Translations under genes and position numbers: made by a program
Origin: an uncultured Verrucomicrobiae bacterium
GTDB lineage: Bacteria > Verrucomicrobiota > Verrucomicrobiia > Limisphaerales > Palsa-1400
Length of the DNA: 64,000 bases
NCBI GenBank assembly: GCA_963702845.1
Contig: OY969763.1
Location: 1,792,001 to 1,856,000 of the forward strand
Direction: 5' to 3'
Notes under the pieces: model-generated
Told to the model about the DNA's origin: nothing
Databases searched by the model: none
Seen by the model: the letters and a program-made list of their open reading frames with translations, nothing else
In this document: in pieces, positions 1 through 8,800 of the stretch
Numbering within the stretch: position 1 is the stretch's first letter
How the letters are laid out: each line of letters opens with the position of its first letter

Positions 1-8
1 CGGCACAC

Positions 9-800
9 ATGGGCTTCACGACGTGGTTCCAGATGGGCGCAAGCGCTGGCGTGACGAATCTGGTCGCCATAACCAATCTGGATGGCCGTATGGAAATCTG
101 GGGTATCAAGAACGGCACGACCTGGCATGATTACCAAACTGCAGCTGGCCAAGGCTGGAATGGTTGGGTCAGCCACGGTGGAACGGTTAAGGCTGGCTAT
201 GGGATCGCTCGCAACCCGGATGGTCGTCTGGAAATCTTCGGCGTCGGAACTGATGGCGCCGTCTGGCACGACTATCAAACGGCGGCGGGCAGCGGCTGGA
301 ACGGTTGGGTCAGTTTGGGTGGCGCAACGATGGATGGAAATATCGCCGTCGCCAACAATGCTGACGGTCGTCTAGACCTTTATGCTTGCCACAGCGACGG
401 TCACGTTTGGCACAACTACCAGGTTAAAGGCGGCGGCGGCGCGTGGAATGGCTGGGGTGATACCGGCGTTCCTGGCACCGGCGGTCGCGGCGGCATGTGC
501 ATCGGCATCAACAAAGATGGACGCCTCGAAGTGTTCGTCAGCACGCCTTCTGGTGTTGTCTGGCATCGCTATCAGAACACCAGGAACGGCGATTGGACGT
601 CATGGTCTAGCCTGGGCAGCAGCGCCATTGATCAGCATCTGTTCTGCGCGAATAACGCGAACGGTGCGCTGCAAGTCTTCGGCATCCATACTGGCGACAA
701 CGTCATCTATACCAACTACCAGAATCCGCCCGGCGGTGGTTGGAATGGTTGGTTCAGCATGGGCAATGCTGGGACGATGTTCTACTACGGTCAGCCGTAA
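9..800 (+). CDS. PLL-like (fucose-binding lectin type) beta-propeller repeat protein; probably the C-terminal part of a gene starting before the window
   Basis: About 6 tandem ~47-aa repeats GRLE(I/V)F...W(H)xYQ...W(N/S)GW.S(L/M)G; the frame is open to the window edge. Confidence 0.8.
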   Translation: MGFTTWFQMGASAGVTNLVAITNLDGRMEIWGIKNGTTWHDYQTAAGQGWNGWVSHGGTVKAGYGIARNPDGRLEIFGVGTDGAVWHDYQTAAGSGWNGWVSLGGATMDGNIAVANNADGRLDLYACHSDGHVWHNYQVKGGGGAWNGWGDTGVPGTGGRGGMCIGINKDGRLEVFVSTPSGVVWHRYQNTRNGDWTSWSSLGSSAIDQHLFCANNANGALQVFGIHTGDNVIYTNYQNPPGGGWNGWFSMGNAGTMFYYGQP

Positions 801-822
801 ATAATTCGAACCTAACCAACTC

Positions 823-862
823 ACGCCCGCGCGAGCCAACAACCCGCGCGGGCGTTTTCTTT
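823..862 (+). terminator. Rho-independent terminator
   Basis: Stem ACGCCCGCGCG / CGCGCGGGCGT followed by TTTCTTT, just after the lectin stop codon. Confidence 0.8.
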
Positions 863-926
863 GCTTCTGGCTTGAAAATGTGTCCGAGATTCGCACCCTA
901 AAAGCTTGCGCAAATCCCCTTCGAAA

Positions 927-2831
927 ATGCCCCCGACTTCTCGAATAGCGTGGAAGGATTATGCCCCGGGTTTGCTGATATTCTGCGCCGTGGTCGTCGT
1001 GTTCTGGCCGGTCTATTCGGCTGGGTTCATTTGGGATGACAACGTGATGTTGACGGAAACGCCGTTGATGCACGGGCCGTTCCACGCGCTTTGGACTGGA
1101 GCGTCGGGCGTGGATTACTTTCCGGTGACGTATTCCAGTCTTTGGATTGAATGGCGACTGTGGGGGTTGAATGCGGCTGGTTATCACGTGACGAATGTAT
1201 TGTTGCACGCAGTCAGTTGTGTCGTTCTGTGGCGAGTTTTTGTGCGACTCAAAATTCCCGGAGCGTGGCTAGCAGCACTACTTTTCGCGGTGCATCCGGT
1301 GAATGTGGAATCGGTCGCATGGATCGCCGAGCGGAAGAACGTGCTCGCAATGTTATTCTACGCGGTGACGGCGTGGGCGCTCATCAGATTTGTGCAGGGC
1401 GGGGAACGCAGATGGTATTTTATTTCGCTTGCCGCGTTTTTGTTATCGCTGCTCGCTAAACCAGCGGCGGTGGCGTGGCCGTGTGTGGCGTTCGGGATTG
1501 TATGGTGGATGACGAGGTTCAAGTCTGAGGACCAAAGTGCCGGCAGTCGGAGCAGTGCTGTGCCCACACCGAAGATTATTGTCTGGGTAGCGCCGTTTTT
1601 ATTGATGGCGGTCGTGCTGGCGCTGGTTACGGTTTGGTTCCAAAATCATTTCGCGATTAAGGGGGATGTGGTTTATGAGCGGGATTTTTCGAGCCGAGTC
1701 GCGACCGCGGGTCTGGCAATTTGGTTTTACCTCGGGAAAGCACTGGTTCCGTGGCCGCTCTCGTTTATCTATCCGATGTGGAAAATGACGCCGCTTTCAT
1801 TGGTTTATTTTCTGCCGCTCATTGGGTTAGTCGTCACGTTTGTGGTTGGTTGGGTATTTCGAAAGCGCTGGGGGACACCGGTTTTATTGGGGCTTATTTA
1901 TTTTGTTTTGTTGCTCGCACCGATCCTGGGGATTTTCAAGATTTCGTTCCAAAGATATTCGTATGTTGCCGATCATTGGCAATATTTTGCGTTGCCGGCA
2001 ATCACGGTTGTAGTCGCGCTGACAATAAGGAGGTTGCCGTATTTCCGGTTCGTCGGAGTGATGCTTGTCATGCTGTTTGGTTGGCTGACGATCTTGCAGG
2101 CGCGCATTTATCACGACAGTGAAACGATTTGGACGGATACATTGCGCAAAAACCCGGATTCATGGGTCGCCTTGGGAGGGCTTGGCCTGAAGCGGATGCG
2201 GGCCGGACGGTTGGAGGAGGGGATTGTGTTATGTGAGCGATCGCTCGAAATCTATCCGCACCAGGGAGAATCTCATGCGAATTTGGGGCTCGCCTTGTTA
2301 AAGCTGGGCCGGGTGGATGAAGGCATTCAGCATCTGCGCAACGCGATTCAAATCGAACCTGATTATGTTCCCACCTACTGCAATCTGGCGGATGCCTTGA
2401 AGGCGCAAGGGAAGTTCGACGAAGCAATTGCCTTGTATAAAGAAGCGATCCGGCTGGGGCCGACTGTGCCGCTGTCCTACAACGCCCTCGGATCGTTATA
2501 TGCAGAGCAGCGCCGGAAAGATGAAGCGCTCGAACTGTTTCGGAAAGCGGTGGCGCTCTGGCCGAATTACATGAATGCGCTCTCAAACCTCGGCGCGATG
2601 TTGACGAGCCAAGGCAAACCCAAGGAAGGACTTCCATATCTCAAAAAAGCGGTTGCCCTGGACCCGAACTATGCCGGTGCCCGCGCGAATCTAGGGAATG
2701 CGTTGCTGGATTTAAAACAATTCACAGAGGCGCGCGAGCAGTTTGAAGTCGCGCTACGAATTGATCCCGAGCTGGTGCCGGCAAAATATGGTTTGGCCGA
2801 TTGTCTCAAGATGGCGGCAGAAAGCAACTAA
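927..2831 (+). CDS. TMTC-like GT-C membrane glycosyltransferase (protein O-mannosyltransferase-like) with C-terminal TPR repeats
   Basis: GFIWDD, YHVTNVLLH, LFAVHPVNVESVAWIAERKNVL and ADHWQY motifs; many TM helices; ~7 TPRs. ATG 927 chosen over TTG 906. Confidence 0.85.
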   Translation: MPPTSRIAWKDYAPGLLIFCAVVVVFWPVYSAGFIWDDNVMLTETPLMHGPFHALWTGASGVDYFPVTYSSLWIEWRLWGLNAAGYHVTNVLLHAVSCVVLWRVFVRLKIPGAWLAALLFAVHPVNVESVAWIAERKNVLAMLFYAVTAWALIRFVQGGERRWYFISLAAFLLSLLAKPAAVAWPCVAFGIVWWMTRFKSEDQSAGSRSSAVPTPKIIVWVAPFLLMAVVLALVTVWFQNHFAIKGDVVYERDFSSRVATAGLAIWFYLGKALVPWPLSFIYPMWKMTPLSLVYFLPLIGLVVTFVVGWVFRKRWGTPVLLGLIYFVLLLAPILGIFKISFQRYSYVADHWQYFALPAITVVVALTIRRLPYFRFVGVMLVMLFGWLTILQARIYHDSETIWTDTLRKNPDSWVALGGLGLKRMRAGRLEEGIVLCERSLEIYPHQGESHANLGLALLKLGRVDEGIQHLRNAIQIEPDYVPTYCNLADALKAQGKFDEAIALYKEAIRLGPTVPLSYNALGSLYAEQRRKDEALELFRKAVALWPNYMNALSNLGAMLTSQGKPKEGLPYLKKAVALDPNYAGARANLGNALLDLKQFTEAREQFEVALRIDPELVPAKYGLADCLKMAAESN

Positions 2832-2837
2832 CGGTCA

Positions 2838-5800
2838 TCAGAACAGCACCTTAACCTGATGCGCTTGACCATCATCTTTCAGCGAGAGCGCATCGCCAGA
2901 TTGCTCCGCGCCATCGACTGAAATCGCTTTCACCTTTTGCCAACCCGCCTCGGCCTGTAGTTCAATGTCGTAAAGCGTTTTGCCAACGCGGTAATGAACC
3001 TTGAACGATTTCCATTCCGGTGGAATGCAGGGAACAAATCGCAGCCTGTCACCTTCGCGACGTAACCCCAAAAGGTGTTCGAGAGTCAATCGATACAACC
3101 AGCCCGCCGAGCCGGTGTACCAGGTCCAACCACCACGCCCGACGTGCGGCGGAACACCGTAAATATCCGCGACTGCAACGTAAGGTTCCACGCGATACAT
3201 CCCGGCTTCATCAGCGTTTTTACTGTGGTTGGGCGGCAGAATCATTCGGAACAATTCCCAGGCACGGCGATGATCGCCCATCATTGTGAACGCGATAATC
3301 GTCCAAACGGCGGCATGCGTATATTGGCCGCCATTTTCGCGAATGCCCGGGACGTAACCTTTGATGTATCCGGGGTTGAGCGCCGATTTGTCGAATGCGG
3401 GCGTGAAAAGCTGAATCAACCGGCCATCGCGGCGGACGAGTCGTTGATCGACCGCATCCATTGCTTTGCGGGCACGGCCCGAATCGCCTGCGCCGGAAAT
3501 CACCGCCCAACTTTGTGGCAACGAATCGATTTGGCATTCCTCGTTTTCTGCCGATCCCAGTGGTGTTCCATCATCGAACCACGCCCGTTTATACCAGTTA
3601 CCGTCCCATGCGTTCTCTTCGATGTAGTGGTGGAGCTGCTCTGCTTCTTCAACGCACTTTTGCGCGAACGCGTCATCGTGACGTTGGCGTGCGACCTGGG
3701 AGAACTGCGTCAACACATTGTGCAGGAAGAACCCGAGCCAGACGCTTTCGCCCTTGCCGTGTTCACCGACGAGATTCATGCCATCGTTCCAATCACCACA
3801 GCCGATCAGCGGAATTCCGTGCGCGCCGAATTTGAGCCCATTTGTTACTGCGCGGACGCAATGTTCGTAGAGCGTCGATGACGGGCCGACTCGCGGAAGA
3901 TCAAAATACGCTTCTTCATCGGGCTTGAGTGGCCGCCCTTCGATGAACGCAACCGTCTCGTTGAGGATGTCGTAATCACCGGTCGAGAACACGTATCGGC
4001 AAACCGCGAACGGCAACCACAAATAATCATCCGAAAAATGCGTGCGAACACCACGATTGGTCGGCGGGTGCCACCAATGTTGCACGTCACCTTCAACGAA
4101 CTGGTGCGCGGCGGCGTATAATATTTGATCGCGGAGCGCGCGCGGATTGCAGTGAACGAGCGCCATCGCGTCCTGGAGTTGATCGCGGAATCCAAACGCG
4201 CCGCTCGATTGATAATAGCCGGAGCGCGCCCACATCCGGCAACCGAGCGTCTGGTAGACAAGCCATTGATTCGCGAGTAAATCCAGCGCGGGTTCAGGCG
4301 TTTCGACCTGCACTGCGCCGAGCGTCTCGTTCCAATACGCCTTGACGGCATCGAGCTCGGCATGCACCGCCGCAGGATCTTTGAAGCGCTCGATTAACTG
4401 TTGCACTTCACCAGCATCGCGGGCCGCGCCGAGGCGGAAAATAATTTCGCGCTCCTGTCCTTCGCCCAAATCGAAGGGCACTTGCATCGCCGCACAAGGA
4501 TCAAATCCTGCGCCGACTCTGCCGGATAATCGCAATCGCCGCAAAGCCGCCGGTTGTGCAAGAGTGCCATTCCTTCCAATAAATTCGCACCTATCACCGG
4601 TCAGCGTGCGCGTCGGAACTTGGACGTCCACGAATGCGACGCGCCCTGGGAAATCGGTGTTGTAGGCATTGCGAGCAAGTAACGCGCCCGTTCGCGTATC
4701 TAGTTCGGTGATGACGTGCGGCAAGTTCTTCGACCGCAACTCGCCGAGCACCCATTCCCAATAACCAAATGCTGACAGCCGTTTCGCACGATTCGATGTA
4801 TTGCGGAATTTCAATACCGCAAATTTCACCGGAGCATCTTTGGCGACGAATATCGTTAGCTCGGATTCAACGCCGTATTCGCTGTAAGTGAAAACCGAGT
4901 AGCCGGCCCCGTGACGAATGCCATACGGCTGCGTGCCGCGGGCGGGCAGGGGAGTCGGCGACCAAAACTCGCCGGTCTGTTCGTCGCGAATGTAGAACGC
5001 CTCGCCCGTCGTATCCATGACCGCGTCATTGCCCCATTTCGTCAGGCGATACTCGTGGCTGTTTTCGAACCACGTGTAAGCGCTGCCGCTCTCCGAAAGC
5101 ACGGTGCCGAAGTGGGGATTAGCGATCACGTTCACCCACGGTGCAGGTGTCACCTGACCGGGCTTCAACGTGATGACGTATTCGTCGCCTTCCGGGCTGA
5201 AGCCGCCGAATCCGTTGTAAAACTTTAATCGTTGCTCCGGCGATCGAGGTGGAAATTGTCGATCTTGTTCCGCGCGTCGAACCGGAATCAACTGCGGAAT
5301 TGTTGGTTCAGGTCGAACGCGGCGATTGGTTTGATCGACTAAAGTTCCCGCTGAATCCGACAGCACCAGGCGCGCGACAGTTTGCAGCAATACCTGGTCG
5401 TCGGCCTGGATCTGGTCCGATCGTCGCACGAAAATCCCACCCGGCCGATCCAGCATCGCTGCTTCCGTTGATGCCGCTACCATGCCGACAACTTGATCGA
5501 ACAGGCTTTGGCGATAAATCGAATCTTCCTGCGTCAGAATGACCATGTCGCACTGGAGTCCCTTGAGCCGCCAATACGCGTGTGCTTGCAAAATCTTTTT
5601 CGCGAAATCATTCGAATTTATATCGCTCAAATAAATCAGTGCGATCGGCAGGTCGCCGGAGATTCCATAAGCCCACAAACTGCTTTGGCCGCGCTTGTTT
5701 TTTATCAGCGTAGCGGCAGGTGCGCGCCGGAACTGATGCGCATAAATCAATGCGGTCGCAAGCCTTCCAAAAAGCTGGGCGTCAGCTTCGGTTGAATTGA

Positions 5801-8800
5801 GTTGATGCAAGACCACCTGCGAATGCGTCCAGGCCAGGTCCATGATGCGGTCGGACAATGTCGCGTCGCGATACTTCGAGACAATGTGCATTGCCCCTTC
5901 ACGCGTTTCGCACACACCAAAAATCAGATCGACCCGAGCCGATTGATCCGGCGCGAGCTTTATCACACGGCGAATGGCAATGATCGGATCAAGCACTGGG
6001 CCCTCGCTGTTTGAGAGCGGCCCCGGCGCTTCCATGGCCACGGGATTCGCGGTCGTGCGGCAGCGGCCCACAAATTTACTGCGATCAGTTTCGTAGGAAA
6101 CCTCTTCTGTGACGGCCCCGTGGGGCAGCATCAAATGAACATAAAATGGTGGGCTATCCTTCTCCGAGCGTGGCCGGCGTTTACAAAGAATCGCGGCGTG
6201 CTGGCGAAGAATTTCCGTCTCGACAAACAAATTGCTAAACGCAGGGTGGGCGAGATCCGCGTTTTGTTGCGCCAGCACAACCTCCGCGTAAGTGGTCAGT
6301 TCAATCGTCTTCGGTTTCGGTGAGCGGTTCGTCAACGTGATGCGCCGCAATTCAACGTCGTCTTCGGTCGAGACGCTGATCTCGGTGTGCATGTCCAGCT
6401 CGTCGATGCGGCGGCGGAACTCGGCGCGACCTTGCGTGAAGATCGCCTCGTAAACTTTGGAAGGCTTTGTCGTCGGCTGATACGCAATCGAGGACACTTC
6501 GTTTGATTCCAAATCGCGCACGTAACAAAACGTTCCATCACAATCGCGCGTTGCGTCTTCGCGCCATCGTGTCAGAGCCAGTCCTTTCCAGTGGGCAAAC
6601 CCGGCGCCGCTCGTCGTGACCGCTGTTGTATATCGGCTGTTTGACAACAGGTGAACTTCTGGAAACGGCGTGTTTGGATTCGTGAAAACGCGAATGAACT
6701 CTTCCTTTTTATTTTCGCTTTCCGGACGTCCGGCTGCTTCCAATTCGCCGGGATACAGTGGCGTCACCACTTTCGGCACACGCTCCTGCAACAGCAGCTC
6801 CGTCGATTTAAAGAGCGGATACGATTGGAACCGGCGCTGCATCGGTTTGTTGCGCAACAACCCGACAAGCGCCAAAAATCCCATTCCCTGGTGATGAGCC
6901 ATGAACGACCGAACCGTTGCGCTCGACTGGCCGGGTCGTAATCGAGATGGAGTGTAATCAATCGCTTCGTAAAACCCATATCGACCCTCGCGACCTTCGC
7001 GTGAGAGCCGCTGGAGATTCTCACAGGCTTCGGTTGGGCAGACCATCAACGCCATCATCGTTGCATACGGCGCAACGACGAGGTCATCGGACAGCCCGCG
7101 TTTTAAACCGAGTCCTGGCACGCCGAACGCGCGATATTGATAGTTTAAATGCGCATCGGTCAGGTAATAGCCCGATTCGGAAAATCCCCATGGCACACCG
7201 CGCTCGCGGCCATATTCGATCTGGCGTTGCACAGCCGCTTTGCAGCTTCGATCGAGCAACGTGTTTTCGTAACTCGGCATCACCAGAATCGGCATCAGGT
7301 ACTCGAACATCGAACCGCTCCACGAAACGAGCACCGGAGATCCGCAGGGCGAAACGAGAATTCGGCTCAGGGCGAACCAATGTTCCTGTTGCACCTGATA
7401 CTGCGAGATTGCCAAATAGCTCGTCAGGCGCGCTTCCGATGCGAGCAAATCGTAGAAGCTGCCGTCCATGCGATGGTCCGTCGCATTGTAACCGATCGAG
7501 AACAGTTCGCGCGATTCGTCGAACAAAAACCGGAAATCCATTTCCGCGACGTCCCCGCATCGATGTGCCAAAGCGTTGATTGCGTCCATGCGATGCCTTG
7601 CATTCCGCGAGGCTTCCATGATGCATTGCGAGGCCGACTTGAGCCACTGCAACGCTTCTTCGCTCACCGTCTTCTGCGAAGAAACTTTGTGTAGGACAAG
7701 GTTCAGCAGCGGGAGCAACGTTTGGTCAAAACGCGCGGCTTCCCGCAACGTCGGAAACCGTTCAAGCATCGCCAGAAATCCAGACAGTTCGTGCAGGCGA
7801 TTGGCATCTGGAGCGAACACCAGTTTCGTCAGTTCCATTGGAGGCCGGGGAAGCTCGACCCACGGTGTCAGCAAGCGCAACTCTTCCTGTTGTGCGACAC
7901 ACATGTTCGCCAGGTTTTGCGCCCACCATTTGCAATCGGCATCGGCGACGTCATGGGTCGCCGTGGCTACTTCCGCGGCGGCGATCGAGACTTCGTTCAA
8001 TACCGCCGCCAATTCTGTGGGCGTATGGTTCTTGCGATCGCGATGACGACTGAGAATTAAATGTAGATTGCTAAGTTTCTTTTCAACCTGCTGCCCGTCC
8101 CCATTAAGCGATGTGCTGGCCGATATAGCATCGTTCAACACCATGTAGGTATGTTCGATTGCCTGCACCCCGACGCAATTCGCCACCGGCAGATCCGGCG
8201 ACTCGAGCAGGCCCGAGCGCAACGTTAGTGTATGTGCGGCGAAGTTGCCGCTGTCGACGCTGGACAAATACAGCGGCAGCATCGGTTTTAACGTGCGTGT
8301 GTCGTACCAGTTATAAAAATGTCCACGATGACGCTCCAGTTGATCCAACGTGGTGAGTGTTCGCGTTAACCGTTCCAGCAGTTGCTGCGTTGTGATGTAA
8401 CCGAAGTCCCATGCGCCCAACGCCGCCAGCATGCTCAGTCCAATATTGGTCGGTGAAGTGCGAGTCGCCAAAACTTCTCTCGGGCTTTCCTGAAAATTAT
8501 CCGGAGGCAACCAGTGATCGTCGTCGTTGATAAATGTTTCGAAGAATCGCCACGTTTTGCGCGCAGTCTTTTGCAAAAACTGGAATTGCTTATCGCTTAG
8601 CGACGGTTTGGCCGGCTTCAACGGCAGGCTTATCCACCACGCAATCAGTGGCGAAACAAACCACAACGCCAGTAAAGCCGCGCAAAACTCGATCTGGGTG
8701 CTCTGTAATGAAAAGATCGCAACTGCAAGCATCACCGCGAAAACCGGCACACCCCACATTTTGCCCAGCACCGAGCGGAAGTCCGTCCGCGCTTTTCCTT